Shown here one piece after another: positions 38,946 to 48,747 of a stretch of 64,000 bases of DNA; positions within the stretch are counted from its first letter, which is position 1; each line of letters starts with the position of its first letter. Position numbers and translations under genes: made by a program. This DNA is from Candidatus Hydrothermarchaeum profundi (GTDB lineage Archaea; Hydrothermarchaeota; Hydrothermarchaeia; Hydrothermarchaeales; Hydrothermarchaeaceae), in assembly GCA_002011125.2 (NCBI GenBank), contig MTMF02000009.1:1320989-1384988 (forward strand), in the 5' to 3' direction. A model generated the notes under the pieces. It did no database searches and had not been told where the DNA came from. It was given only the letters and a program-made list of their open reading frames with translations.

Positions 38946-39806
38946 ATGAGCAGGATAATATTCGGGGGTTCATCATGTGAGGTTCTTGCTAGGGAAGTGG
39001 GATCAGATTTAGAGTTGGGTGTATTGACTATCCGCAAGTTTCCTGACGGTGAGCGTTATATTAGAATCGAGAGCGAGGTGGAAGGTAAGGAATGCATAGT
39101 AATACAGTCAACTAATAGACCGCAGGATGAAAATATTCTGGAGCTATTGGGGGTTCTCAGCACTCTTAGGGACTTAGAAGCAAAACGCATAATAGCAGTT
39201 GTACCTTTCTATGGGTATGGTAGGCAAGACAAAAGGTTTACTCCGGGGGAGTGTGTTACTGCGAAGACAATTGCCCAGTTGATCCAGTTATATTCTGACG
39301 AATTTATAACTATTAACATCCATAAGGAACACATATTGGATTTTTTCGAAATCTCCTCATGTAATTTAGATGCAGGCCCTTTGCTTGGGAGGTATTTTAA
39401 AAACTACGATATGAAGGACCCTTTAGTAATAGGGCCGGATAAAGGAGCATTGAAACTCGCTAAAACGGTTGCAAAAGAGTGTGAATGCGCTTACGATTAT
39501 CTAGAGAAAAAAAGAATAGGCCCCGGAAATGTTGAAATGAAACCTCGGGAAGTGGATGTTAAGGGCAGAGATGTTGTTCTTGTGGATGACATAATAGATT
39601 CTGGCGGCACGATGTTAGAGGCGATGAAGAAGTTAAAAGTAGCTGGTGCTTCAAATATACTAATAGGATGCATCCATCCAGTATTAACGGGTAATATTAT
39701 TACACGGCTCTACTCTTATGGAGCAAAAAAAGTTGTTGCAACCAATACAATTCCAACCCAAATTAGCGAGATATCAGTTGCCTCGTTGATAAGATCCTCT
39801 TTATGA
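38946..39806 (+). CDS. prs: Ribose-phosphate pyrophosphokinase
   Basis: FPDGE, YGRQD, GPDKGA, VDDIIDSGGT. Confidence 0.95.
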   Translation: MSRIIFGGSSCEVLAREVGSDLELGVLTIRKFPDGERYIRIESEVEGKECIVIQSTNRPQDENILELLGVLSTLRDLEAKRIIAVVPFYGYGRQDKRFTPGECVTAKTIAQLIQLYSDEFITINIHKEHILDFFEISSCNLDAGPLLGRYFKNYDMKDPLVIGPDKGALKLAKTVAKECECAYDYLEKKRIGPGNVEMKPREVDVKGRDVVLVDDIIDSGGTMLEAMKKLKVAGASNILIGCIHPVLTGNIITRLYSYGAKKVVATNTIPTQISEISVASLIRSSL

Positions 39807-40249
39807 AATTCAAGAAGGTTGTTGTTGGAGGAAGCTTCGATCATTTACATAAGGGGCATAAGGCTTTGCTTGAGAAAGCTTTTGAGTTAGGCGAGAAGGT
39901 TATAATAGGACTTACCTCTGATGAGATGGTTAATAAGCCTCTTCAGCCATATGGCCATAGAAAAAAGAGGCTGGAGGAGTACTTGTCTAATTTTAACTAT
40001 GAGCTAATTAAACTCAATGACCCTTACGGGATAGCAGTAGAAGATCCTGAGGTTGATGCTATCGTGGTTTCTGAGGAAACTTTAGAGAGAGCGAAGGAAA
40101 TAAACCAAATGAGAAATGAGAAAGGTCTTAAGAGACTGGAGGTAATAGTTGTTCCTATAGTGCTTGCAGAAGATGGTAAGCCTATCTCGTCTACTAGGAT
40201 TAGAAAAGGTGAAATTAACGCTGATGGAGAAATAATAAGAGAAAATTGA
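39803..40249 (+). CDS. coaD: Archaeal phosphopantetheine adenylyltransferase
   Basis: GGSFDHLHKGH, IVVSEET, ISSTRIRKGEI. Confidence 0.93.
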   Translation: MKFKKVVVGGSFDHLHKGHKALLEKAFELGEKVIIGLTSDEMVNKPLQPYGHRKKRLEEYLSNFNYELIKLNDPYGIAVEDPEVDAIVVSEETLERAKEINQMRNEKGLKRLEVIVVPIVLAEDGKPISSTRIRKGEINADGEIIREN

Positions 40250-40369
40250 GCTATATCCTAATAAGCTTTAGCTTAGTTTATCTGTTTCGGAAATTAAACT
40301 ATTTTTGCTCTAACGTAGGCTCTCTTCACTACAATAACATTTATATATTTTTCTTGGGAGTATTCCTCC

Positions 40370-40786
40370 ATGAATTCAGCTTTTGATAAGAGAGTGAAGG
40401 ATGTGATGAGTAGGGGTGTAGTTACCGTGAGGTTTGACGCCCCTCTCAGAGAAGTTATTCGAAAAATGGCAGAGGCAGATGTGTCTGCGGTTATAGCAGT
40501 TGATGGCGAGTCAGAGATAATGGGGACAATCTCTTCAATTGATGTTATAAAATATCTAAAAAGCAGACCGCCTGAGGATTTAAAGAAGGCTGTTGCTGAG
40601 GACGTTATGACTCCTACTATACATATTGAGCCTAATAAGACTTTGAAGGATGCTGCTGAGATCATGATTGGTAAGAGGATTCACAGGTTGGTTGTGCTTC
40701 ATCCTCATCAGGTCGCTGGCAATCGGCCAGTTGGAGTCCTATCGATTACAGACATTATAAGAGAAGTTAAGAATAGCATAATGTGA
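40370..40786 (+). CDS. CBS-pair protein, tandem copy 1
   Basis: VKDVMSRGVV, IHRLVV, GVLSITDI. Confidence 0.9.
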   Translation: MNSAFDKRVKDVMSRGVVTVRFDAPLREVIRKMAEADVSAVIAVDGESEIMGTISSIDVIKYLKSRPPEDLKKAVAEDVMTPTIHIEPNKTLKDAAEIMIGKRIHRLVVLHPHQVAGNRPVGVLSITDIIREVKNSIM

Positions 40787-41179
40787 GATTATAAATGAGG
40801 TTTTGATATGTATTCGGCTTTTGCGAGGAAAGTTAGAGATGTGATGAGTAGGGGTGTAGTTACCGTGAGGTTTGACGCCCCTTTAAAGGAGGCCGTAAGG
40901 ATTATGGCAGATGCGGATGTTACCGCTATAATAGCGGTAGATGATAGGGGAGAAATAATGGGCGTGGTTTCTTCAATTGATGTAGTAAAATACCTTAAAG
41001 ATAGAACTCCTGAGGAACTGGACACCGCGGTAGTTGAAGATGTTATGACACCCTCAGTGATACAGGTTGAGCCTAATAAGACTTTGAAGGATGCTGCTGA
41101 GATCATGATTGGTAAGAGGATTCACAGGTTGGTTGTGCTTCATCCTCATCAGGTCGCTGGCAATCGGCCAGTTGGAGTC
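40626..41179 (+). repeat. 113-bp identical direct repeat (40626-40738 = 41067-41179); also 45-bp identical block 40400-40444 = 40838-40882
   Basis: Direct sequence comparison of the two CBS genes. Confidence 0.9.
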
Positions 41180-41227
41180 ATTTCAACGACGGATCTTATT
41201 AGGGAATTAAATAAAACTATCGACTAA
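40808..41227 (+). CDS. CBS-pair protein, tandem copy 2
   Basis: Paralog of previous gene with identical DNA blocks. Confidence 0.9.
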   Translation: MYSAFARKVRDVMSRGVVTVRFDAPLKEAVRIMADADVTAIIAVDDRGEIMGVVSSIDVVKYLKDRTPEELDTAVVEDVMTPSVIQVEPNKTLKDAAEIMIGKRIHRLVVLHPHQVAGNRPVGVISTTDLIRELNKTID

Positions 41228-41229
41228 GG

Positions 41230-41302
41230 GGGCCCGTGGTCTAGTGGTTATGACGCCACGCTTACAACGTGGAGGTCGGGAGTTCAATTCTCCCCGGGCC
41301 CA
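41230..41302 (+). tRNA. tRNA-Val (UAC)
   Basis: GGGCCCG...CCACG-CT[TAC]AA-CGTGG...TTCAATT...CGGGCCCA. Confidence 0.96.
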
Positions 41303-41365
41303 TTTCTTTTTGTTCAAATATTTGGGGTTATTTTTTTCTTTTGTAAATTTTGTTATCTAATATAC

Positions 41366-41557
41366 CTACCTATATCTTAATTGTAGTGCGATTGATGTTA
41401 AGAATTTAAATACTCCTGCGATTATGACCACTATTCCTGTAATATATGAGGCCCTTGCAGCTATACTATTGCCAGTTCCAATAAAATTCATTGTAATCCC
41501 TAGAACAACCAGTGAGACACCGAGGATAATCTCTACCAAGCCAAGCCTTCTAAGCAT
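41366..41557 (-). CDS. Small two-TM membrane protein
   Basis: 63-aa ORF, two hydrophobic helices, TATA-like box upstream. Confidence 0.6.
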   Translation of the reverse strand: MLRRLGLVEIILGVSLVVLGITMNFIGTGNSIAARASYITGIVVIIAGVFKFLTSIALQLRYR

Positions 41558-41624
41558 TAAAAAAATATATACCTCTAAATTTAAAAAACTTGTGTGTTTA
41601 ATTATTAAGCGGGTGATATTATCT

Positions 41625-42017
41625 ATGAGTAAAAAAGTTAGAGATGTGATGACTTATGGTGTAATAGCTGTTAATTTTTCTACTCCTGTAACTCAGGTTA
41701 TAAAAAAACTAGTAAAGGAAAATATTTCTGGGCTAGTGGTAGTTGACAATGCGGGGGACATGATTGGGGTGATCTCAGCTCTCGATGTATTCAAGATAAT
41801 GAATGAGGGAGATAAAAGCTGGGAGTTTGTGGCTGAAGATATTATGACTCCTTTTACTATAAGCATCACCCCTGACGTAGATATTGAGGAAGCAGCTAGG
41901 ATGATGCTCCAACACGATATTCATAGGTTAATTGTAACAGAATCTCCCTCTAGAAAAAAGCCTATAGGAATTATTTCTTCAACCGATATACTCAGGGAAT
42001 TTGGGAGGATGGTATAG
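41625..42017 (+). CDS. CBS-pair protein
   Basis: VRDVMTYGV, ISGLVVVD, IHRLIV, GIISSTDIL; ATG 41625 after GGGTG. Confidence 0.9.
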   Translation: MSKKVRDVMTYGVIAVNFSTPVTQVIKKLVKENISGLVVVDNAGDMIGVISALDVFKIMNEGDKSWEFVAEDIMTPFTISITPDVDIEEAARMMLQHDIHRLIVTESPSRKKPIGIISSTDILREFGRMV

Positions 42018-42046
42018 TTTTCACGAGCGAGATTTATTCGGATTGG

Positions 42047-42508
42047 ATGAAGAATGCTCAAGAAACAAAAATAAAGGACATACTCAAAAAAGTGAAACCG
42101 GAGGGTAGGGTACTGGATATAGGCGCAGGACCGGGATTTTTAAGCCAGTTTGTCCCAGTATTATCAGTAGATATCGATCTTCCTAATCTAAAGAAGGCTA
42201 AAGGGGCTAGGATACTGGCTGATGGAAGAAATTTACCTTTTAAGGATGAATGCTTTTCAACCATATTTTGCATTGATACATTCCATCTTTTAGATAACTC
42301 TGATGAACTCATGAGGGTCTTAAAGCCTAACGGAAAGGCAGTAATTTCTGCATACTGTAATAAATATACTAGAATAGAAAAACTCAAGGCCTTGGAGTCT
42401 GTATTTAACAATTATAAGATCGTAAGTAAATTTATTGTGGGTAAAGAAGAACTGGATGCAGTAGTGGTAGTAGAAAAACATAAAAACGAGTTGAGGAAAG
42501 GGATATAA
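42047..42508 (+). CDS. Class I SAM-dependent methyltransferase
   Basis: VLDIGAGPG, ADGRNLPF, RVLKPNG. Confidence 0.85.
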   Translation: MKNAQETKIKDILKKVKPEGRVLDIGAGPGFLSQFVPVLSVDIDLPNLKKAKGARILADGRNLPFKDECFSTIFCIDTFHLLDNSDELMRVLKPNGKAVISAYCNKYTRIEKLKALESVFNNYKIVSKFIVGKEELDAVVVVEKHKNELRKGI

Positions 42509-42512
42509 ATCT

Positions 42513-42586
42513 GCGGCCGTAGTCCAGCCTGGTTAAGACATCTGCCTGCCACGCAGACGACCCGGGTTCAAATCCCGGCGGCCGCA
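42513..42586 (+). tRNA. tRNA-Gly (GCC)
   Basis: GCGGCCG...TCTGC-CT[GCC]AC-GCAGA...TTCAAAT...CGGCCGCA. Confidence 0.96.
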
Positions 42587-42607
42587 TTCATCTTTTGAGG
42601 AAGGCTT

Positions 42608-43111
42608 ATGAAAAACTCCAAAGTAATATTAGTAGCACTTGTATTGGTTGCATTTACCTATGGGTTTATCTCTTCTCAGACCGAGAAGAAAGAGGTAAAT
42701 ACATCGTATGGGGAATTGATCCAAGAATTTGCGAAAGAAGGAATCATTGTTGAAGATTTTTATGTGACCACCGGAGAAGAGGTGAGGAAAGCTTTCAATT
42801 CAACAGTAGTCCCAGATGAGGCGCAGGTTATTTTCGTTATCTACCGTACTTCGTCGAATGAATCAGATGAAGAATACATGAAGGGTCATGTTAAAGTAAT
42901 ATATGGTATATTAGATGCGTATCCGGCTATTGATGGAGTATTAGTATGGGATGCCACTTATTCTAGCTTCACAGATATTGCAATGATAATATATGCAGAA
43001 AAGAATCTAGCTCTTAAAATAAGAAACACGACTAAAAGCTATGAAGAGCTTTTAAATAATTTTCAACTAATAGAGTTTAGTTCAAATAGATTTATAAATG
43101 AGGGTATGTAA
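42608..43111 (+). CDS. Hypothetical exported/membrane-anchored protein
   Basis: N-terminal hydrophobic signal segment. Confidence 0.65.
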   Translation: MKNSKVILVALVLVAFTYGFISSQTEKKEVNTSYGELIQEFAKEGIIVEDFYVTTGEEVRKAFNSTVVPDEAQVIFVIYRTSSNESDEEYMKGHVKVIYGILDAYPAIDGVLVWDATYSSFTDIAMIIYAEKNLALKIRNTTKSYEELLNNFQLIEFSSNRFINEGM

Positions 43112-43437
43112 TGAGGCGTAAGACAACAAAGTCTATAGCCAGAGAGAGAATTGAGATACTAATGCAGAGAGCAGAGAAGATTTTTCATGAAGACAAGGAA
43201 AGAGCAGACCGCTATGCGCATTTGGCAAGGAAAATAGCGATGAGATGCACATTGCGATTTCCTAGAAAATGGAAACGTAGGATATGCAAAAATTGCAAAT
43301 CCTTCCTGGTGCCAGGAGCAAACTGCAGGGTAAGGCTTTATAGGAGCACAGTATTTATAACCTGTCTCGAATGCGGAAAATCTTATAAGTACCCCTATAA
43401 GAGAGAAAAGAAGATAAAAAGAAGATTAAAGGCTTAA
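43111..43437 (+). CDS. rnp4: Ribonuclease P protein component 4 (Rpp21)
   Basis: IARERI, RRICKNC..LVPG.NCRVR, ITCLECG. Confidence 0.94.
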   Translation: MRRKTTKSIARERIEILMQRAEKIFHEDKERADRYAHLARKIAMRCTLRFPRKWKRRICKNCKSFLVPGANCRVRLYRSTVFITCLECGKSYKYPYKREKKIKRRLKA

Positions 43438-43482
43438 AATTATTTGCAATTGTCAAAAATATATGGAAAAGGAGGATTTAAT

Positions 43483-43920
43483 ATGACAAAGGTCTATGAT
43501 GTTCCAGCATCGATTCTCATAAATAGGGTTTCTGAAGAACTCAAAAAGATAGAGAACATTAAACAGCCGGATTGGGCAGCTTATGTTAAGACTGGAGCTG
43601 ATAGAGAGAAAGCACCTGAGAATGAGGACTGGTGGTATACTAGAAGTGCCTCGATACTAAGGAAGATATACATTTATGGTCCAGTGGGGATCCCTACTTT
43701 AAGAAGACTCTATGGCGGGAAGAAAAATATGGGGTATAAGCCGGAGAGAAAAAGAGGAGGAAGCGGGTCTGTGATAAGTGAGATCTTGAAGCAGCTTGAG
43801 GAAGCCGGTTTAGTTGAGAAGACTGATAAAGGTAGAGTACTTACTAATAAAGGGATATCTTTTATGGACCGTATTTCTCATCAGATAAAGAAAGAGATTC
43901 CAGAGCTCAGTAAATACTAA
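43483..43920 (+). CDS. rps19e: 30S ribosomal protein S19e
   Basis: PDWAAYVKTG, WWYTRSASILRK, YGG, QLEEAGLV. Confidence 0.97.
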   Translation: MTKVYDVPASILINRVSEELKKIENIKQPDWAAYVKTGADREKAPENEDWWYTRSASILRKIYIYGPVGIPTLRRLYGGKKNMGYKPERKRGGSGSVISEILKQLEEAGLVEKTDKGRVLTNKGISFMDRISHQIKKEIPELSKY

Positions 43921-43936
43921 AGGTAAGGGGTTCTGT

Positions 43937-44263
43937 ATGGGTGAGGATATAGAAGAGCTAAAAAGGAAAAAACTGGAGGAGCTTCAACGTAGACTAGCTG
44001 AAGAAAGTGCTAGAGAGGAAGAGAGAAGGCAGATCGAGGTACAGAAGCGCTCCATATTGATGGCGATTCTCACTCCAGAGGCTCGCAGCAGGCTAGCTAA
44101 TATCAGGCTTGCTAAACCAGAGTTTGCAGCACAGATTGAGAGTCTCCTCATACAGCTTGCTCAGGCAGGGAGAATCCAGCAACAGATTACAGACGAGCAG
44201 CTAAAGAGCATCCTCGCTAGATTATCAGAAAAGAAAAAAGAATTTAGGATAAGGCGAATATGA
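43937..44263 (+). CDS. PDCD5-family DNA-binding protein
   Basis: ILTPEARSRLANIRLAKPE, LIQLAQAG, ITDEQLK. Confidence 0.94.
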   Translation: MGEDIEELKRKKLEELQRRLAEESAREEERRQIEVQKRSILMAILTPEARSRLANIRLAKPEFAAQIESLLIQLAQAGRIQQQITDEQLKSILARLSEKKKEFRIRRI

Positions 44264-44264
44264 A

Positions 44265-44843
44265 ATGGAGGTCACTGTGCTTTATAGTGGGGGAAAGGAT
44301 AGTTCTTTGGCCGCATATATTTTAAATAAGCTGGGATATGAGATCCGCTTATTAAATGCTAACTTCGGTATCCTTGATTCGTGGAGGCATGCAGAAGAAG
44401 CTGCATATGCAATTGGATTCGATTTCGAGGTTAAAAAATTTGAAAGAAAAATCGTGATGGAAGCATTAGAGATGATCTTACAGGATGGGTATCCAAGAAG
44501 AGGGATAAATTATATCCACAGGAGAGTGCTAGAAGAGGTTGCAAAGGAATATGATATAATAGCTGACGGGACAAGAAGAGACGATAAAGCACCCTGTCTT
44601 GATTTAAGCGAGATTAGGAGCATTGAAGATAGATATGATATCGAATATATTGCTCCCCTCCGCGGAATAGGATATAAAACCCTCAATTCATTAGCTAGGA
44701 TGTGTTATGAATTTGAAGAAGGAAACGCTCTGTTAAAAGGCGATTATGAGAGCGAGATTAGATATTTACTTAAAAGCGAGGGAAAAAAAGAAGAAGACTA
44801 TTTCCCAAAACATATTCAAACTAAAGTAATACGGAGGATATGA
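44265..44843 (+). CDS. PP-loop (adenine nucleotide alpha-hydrolase) family protein
   Basis: LYSGGKDSSLAA, ADGTRRDD, DYESEIR; conserved position in this cluster. Confidence 0.85.
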   Translation: MEVTVLYSGGKDSSLAAYILNKLGYEIRLLNANFGILDSWRHAEEAAYAIGFDFEVKKFERKIVMEALEMILQDGYPRRGINYIHRRVLEEVAKEYDIIADGTRRDDKAPCLDLSEIRSIEDRYDIEYIAPLRGIGYKTLNSLARMCYEFEEGNALLKGDYESEIRYLLKSEGKKEEDYFPKHIQTKVIRRI

Positions 44844-44846
44844 AAA

Positions 44847-44999
44847 GTGTCTAAAGTAGAGTTACCTCGGAAGATCAGAATGGCGAAAGCAATAAGGCAA
44901 AATAGACCAGTTCCGATTTGGGTTATTGCAAAAACCCTTAGAAATGTAAGAACTCATCCCAAGAGGAGATACTGGCGTAGAAGTAAACTTAAAGTATGA
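44847..44999 (+). CDS. rpl39e: 50S ribosomal protein L39e
   Basis: Manual translation [30 protein letters not shown]...[14 protein letters not shown] (50 aa, below ORF-track cutoff). Confidence 0.95.
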   Translation: MSKVELPRKIRMAKAIRQNRPVPIWVIAKTLRNVRTHPKRRYWRRSKLKV

Positions 45000-45012
45000 G
45001 GGTGCTGGAAAA

Positions 45013-45258
45013 ATGGAGAGGACATATATTATTCCCTTAAGGAACCCGAAAAGAGCTCCGCAGAAAAAGAGAGCTAAACTTGCAGTTAGGGAGGTTAGAG
45101 ATTTTATAGCTAAGCATATGAAAAGCGAGGAAGTGAAGATAGATAAGGCCCTCAATGAGCGCATATGGGCGCATGGTATGAAAAACATTCCATCCAAAAT
45201 AAAGGTCAAAGCAACTTCAAGGGATGATGGAAGCGTTCTAGTAACCTTGGCAGAGTGA
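45013..45258 (+). CDS. rpl31e: 50S ribosomal protein L31e
   Basis: [21 protein letters not shown]. Confidence 0.95.
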   Translation: MERTYIIPLRNPKRAPQKKRAKLAVREVRDFIAKHMKSEEVKIDKALNERIWAHGMKNIPSKIKVKATSRDDGSVLVTLAE

Positions 45259-45262
45259 TAAT

Positions 45263-45925
45263 GTGACTCAGCTGATCTCATATAAGAGAAACCCTAATAT
45301 TGGGGTTATCGGTAGAGCAAATGATCAGCTGGCGGTATTACCTACGGAGTGTCCTAAGAGTTTTGAGGAAGCAGTGATAGAGACTCTAGATGTTAATGTC
45401 ATAAAGACAAACATAGCTGGTACAAGTCTTATTGGAACCATGATGGCTATGAATAACAATGGGATAATCTTGCCCTCACAAGTGTACGGCGAGGAAGTAA
45501 GTAAGTTGAAGAAACACGATATTAGTATTGGAATAATAAAAGACAAGTATACTGCATTAGGCAATCTTGTTCTTTTAAACGATAAAGGCGCAATAGTTGC
45601 TGAGGGATTCACCAAACGAGCTATAAAAACTATGGAAGATGTTTTAGGATGTGAAGTTGTTAAGGGTACAATAGCGGGCTACCGTATTGTTGGTAGTGCG
45701 GGTGTAGCTACAAATAAGGGGGGGTTAATTCATCCCCTGGCTAATGATGAGGAATTAGAGTGGATCGAGGGTATACTTAAGGTGGAAGTTGATGTTGGCA
45801 CAATAAATAGAGGCTCAGGATTCGTTAGAGCTGGGCTGATAGCGAACTCTAAAGATGTTATGATAGGTAATCTAACTACAGGACCAGAGATTACAAGGAT
45901 AGAAGAAGCATTAGGGTTGCTGTGA
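45263..45925 (+). CDS. eif6: Translation initiation factor aIF6
   Basis: NIGV, GNLVLLND.GA, ATNKGGLIHP, GTINRG, TTGPE. Confidence 0.96.
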   Translation: MTQLISYKRNPNIGVIGRANDQLAVLPTECPKSFEEAVIETLDVNVIKTNIAGTSLIGTMMAMNNNGIILPSQVYGEEVSKLKKHDISIGIIKDKYTALGNLVLLNDKGAIVAEGFTKRAIKTMEDVLGCEVVKGTIAGYRIVGSAGVATNKGGLIHPLANDEELEWIEGILKVEVDVGTINRGSGFVRAGLIANSKDVMIGNLTTGPEITRIEEALGLL

Positions 45926-45935
45926 GGTGGTTTGA

Positions 45936-46121
45936 ATGGTTAAGGTTTATGAGATAAGAGGTAAATTTTTGATGGGTGAAAAATTTCAACCATTTGTTAA
46001 AGAATATCGAGCGTTGAACGAGAAGCAAGCATTAGAGTACGTTTATTCTAACCTTGGCAGTAAACATAAAACCCCTAGGAATAAGATAAAGATCCTTGAG
46101 ATTAAAGAAAAGGGGGAGTAA
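45936..46121 (+). CDS. rpl18a: 50S ribosomal protein L18Ae/LX
   Basis: [19 protein letters not shown]. Confidence 0.93.
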   Translation: MVKVYEIRGKFLMGEKFQPFVKEYRALNEKQALEYVYSNLGSKHKTPRNKIKILEIKEKGE

Positions 46122-46125
46122 AAAA

Positions 46126-46542
46126 ATGGAGGAAACTGAAAGAATCTTAGAAGAATATGAACTCTATAGAGCCCAGGCGGAGGTCTATCGTCAGAACCTA
46201 GATCTGTTAAATGCGAATATTCTCGATCTCATGGTTGTAAAAGAAAGTCTAGATCAGATAAAGGAGATAGGTACTGATAACGAAGTGTTGGTGCCAATAG
46301 GAGGAGGCACATTAGTTAAAGCGAAGATAATAGACACGGAAAAGGTGATCGTTGGATTAGGCGCTGATGTATCAGTAAAGAAGACTATATCAGATGCAAA
46401 GGGATATTTAGAGAACAGAATTAGCTGGATGGAAAAAACACGAAATGAAACCACGGAAAGGCTCCAATATATTTTATCAAAGCTTGAAGAAATCACCCCT
46501 AAAGTACAGCAGATCTTGGCTCAAGCTCAAGAAAGAGGCTGA
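46126..46542 (+). CDS. pfdA: Prefoldin alpha subunit
   Basis: VLVPIGGG, VIVGLGA.V; coiled coils. Confidence 0.93.
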   Translation: MEETERILEEYELYRAQAEVYRQNLDLLNANILDLMVVKESLDQIKEIGTDNEVLVPIGGGTLVKAKIIDTEKVIVGLGADVSVKKTISDAKGYLENRISWMEKTRNETTERLQYILSKLEEITPKVQQILAQAQERG

Positions 46543-46546
46543 TTAG

Positions 46547-47443
46547 TTGTTTGGCTCTATTAAAGAGAAATTTTCTGATTTTACAAGGGCCTTACAAGGC
46601 GATGTTCTGCTTAGTGAAAAGAAGCTGGACGAGGTCCTTCAATCACTAGAAATAGCCCTGCTTGAAAGCGATGTCGCTTTTGATGTAGTGGAAAAGATCG
46701 TCTCTAAACTTAAAGCTGACCTTCAAGGGATGAAGGTAAAAAGAAGGGATATTTCACAGGTTGTAAGAGACTCCTTAAAAAGATCCCTCGTGGAAATTTT
46801 TGTAAAAAGCCAGAAGACACTGCCCGAGTTGGTTAAAGAAAAAAAATCTAGGCCGTATGTAATAGCATTTGTAGGCGTCAATGGTTCTGGAAAAACCACT
46901 ACTATCGCAAAAATAGCTAGGCTTATGATGAAAAGAGGATTCAGCTGTGTTTTTGCTGCGAGTGACACTTTTAGAGCTGGAGCTATCGAGCAACTTCAAA
47001 AGCATGCAGATAGATTAGGAGTAAAAATGATTAAACATTCAAAGGGAGCGGATCCTGCGGCTGTAGCCTTTGATGCGATTTCGCATGCTAGGGCTCACAA
47101 TAAGGATGTAGTGCTGATAGATACCGCAGGCAGAATGGAAACGAATGTTAATTTGATGGATGAGATGAAGAAGATCATTAGAGTCGCAAAACCCGATATA
47201 ACTCTATTTGTTGGTGATGCTCTTACGGGGAATGCAGCGGTAGATCAGGCTGAGATATTCAATAAGGCAATTAATATTGATGGAGTTATATTAACAAAGG
47301 CTGACGCAGATGCTAAGGGAGGCTCCGCCATCTCTATAGCATATGTAGTAAAGAAACCTATATTCTATTTAGGAACTGGCCAGGGATATGATGACTTAGT
47401 AGAGTTTAACCCTGAGTGGTTTATAAATGAGATATTATCATGA
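46547..47443 (+). CDS. ftsY: SRP receptor FtsY (NG domain only)
   Basis: LLESDVA, GVNGSGKTTTIAK, DTFRAGA, DTAGR, TKADADAKGG. Confidence 0.96.
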   Translation: MFGSIKEKFSDFTRALQGDVLLSEKKLDEVLQSLEIALLESDVAFDVVEKIVSKLKADLQGMKVKRRDISQVVRDSLKRSLVEIFVKSQKTLPELVKEKKSRPYVIAFVGVNGSGKTTTIAKIARLMMKRGFSCVFAASDTFRAGAIEQLQKHADRLGVKMIKHSKGADPAAVAFDAISHARAHNKDVVLIDTAGRMETNVNLMDEMKKIIRVAKPDITLFVGDALTGNAAVDQAEIFNKAINIDGVILTKADADAKGGSAISIAYVVKKPIFYLGTGQGYDDLVEFNPEWFINEILS

Positions 47444-47593
47444 CCAAGTTTTATTTTGAATTATTCCTAAACGTATTAATCTTTCTACAATTTCGTTAAT
47501 AATCTCGGGGTCTATTCCCAATTTTCCCGCTATTTCATAGGAATTATAGTTCCCCTTATTATACAGTTCCACAATTATTCCTTCTAATATCAT
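47438..47593 (-). CDS. Small winged-helix protein (51 aa)
   Basis: Manual translation MILEGIIVELYNKGNYNSYEIAGKLGIDPEIINEIVERLIRLGIIQNKTWS; AAAGG-TTTATATA promoter upstream. Confidence 0.65.
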   Translation of the reverse strand: MILEGIIVELYNKGNYNSYEIAGKLGIDPEIINEIVERLIRLGIIQNKTWS

Positions 47594-47701
47594 CACTTTA
47601 TATTTTTATTCGAGGATATATAAACCTTTATTGTCAACATACTTGTTCATGAAAGATACATCTATGATAATATTTTAAAGAGGAAAGAGTGATTAATTAA
47701 C

Positions 47702-48403
47702 ATGCGATACCTCCTCCTATTAATAATATTATTAGCAGGATGTGTTGGTAAGTCTGGAGAAATAAAAGATCAACAAGTAGATATAACCTTAACTACATCT
47801 GATGGCATAAAAATTGCCGGGACGTTTTATAGTTCTCAGAATGAGAACCCTAAGGGAGTAATTCTATTGCATATGCTTGGGAGAAACAGAGGTGACTGGA
47901 ACAACTTTGCAAGGGTTCTTCAGGATCATGGATATTCGGTTATTGCGATCGATTTACGGGGGCATGGTGAAAGCGAACTTGACTGGAAAAATTTTAATTC
48001 AGAAGATTTCAATGCAATGATTAAGGATGTTGAAGTAGCAGTTGAGTACTTATTTAATAGCGGAGCATCTGAGATAGATATAATAGGGGCGAGTATAGGA
48101 GCTAATGTGGCCTTAAACTACGCAGTGCTTGATAAGAGAGTTAAAAAGCTTGTTTTACTCTCTCCAGGCCTTGATTATAGAGGGGTTAATACTGAGATCG
48201 CTATAGGAGAATATGGTGAAAGGCCGATTTTAATAGTAGCGAGCGAAGAGGACGAATACTCTGCTCAGTCGGCCAGAGTTCTTTTCAATAGAGCTTTAGG
48301 TAATAAGCAGATAAAGATTTTCAAAGGTGCGGGCCATGGTACAAAAATGTTTTCTAATAAAGATCTAGAGCCTTTATTATTAGAATGGTTGGAGGCAGAA
48401 TAA
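47702..48403 (+). CDS. Alpha/beta hydrolase lipoprotein
   Basis: Lipobox LAGC, DLRGHGES, GASIG nucleophile, GHGT. Confidence 0.9.
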   Translation: MRYLLLLIILLAGCVGKSGEIKDQQVDITLTTSDGIKIAGTFYSSQNENPKGVILLHMLGRNRGDWNNFARVLQDHGYSVIAIDLRGHGESELDWKNFNSEDFNAMIKDVEVAVEYLFNSGASEIDIIGASIGANVALNYAVLDKRVKKLVLLSPGLDYRGVNTEIAIGEYGERPILIVASEEDEYSAQSARVLFNRALGNKQIKIFKGAGHGTKMFSNKDLEPLLLEWLEAE

Positions 48404-48747
48404 TGAGACAGATTATGGTGTCAGAAAGTACTTTCAGGAAGTTAATTGAATTAAAAAATCATTGGTCTTTTCAGCAGGGCAGAGTTACAAATCCCGAGGT
48501 ATTGAGGATTCTTAATAAAGTGAAGAAGGAAATCTTCGGTTATACAGATTCAACTCCTCCTAGGGAGATTGAAGAGATATGTAAAAAGAAAAGTAGAGAA
48601 CAATTGGAAATGGAAAGGGAGAGATTTACAGAAGCTTATCAAAAGCTCTTAGTCTCTGGATATGACTTTGAGCCTGAATATACCTTGGATGAGCATATTA
48701 GAAGGATGCTGGAGTTAATAGATGAGGAGAAAGAAATTTATCTATAG
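48403..48747 (+). CDS. Hypothetical protein, possible RHH-like N-terminus
   Basis: MRQIMVSESTFRKLIELK; overlaps hydrolase stop, SD GGAGG. Confidence 0.6.
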   Translation: MRQIMVSESTFRKLIELKNHWSFQQGRVTNPEVLRILNKVKKEIFGYTDSTPPREIEEICKKKSREQLEMERERFTEAYQKLLVSGYDFEPEYTLDEHIRRMLELIDEEKEIYL

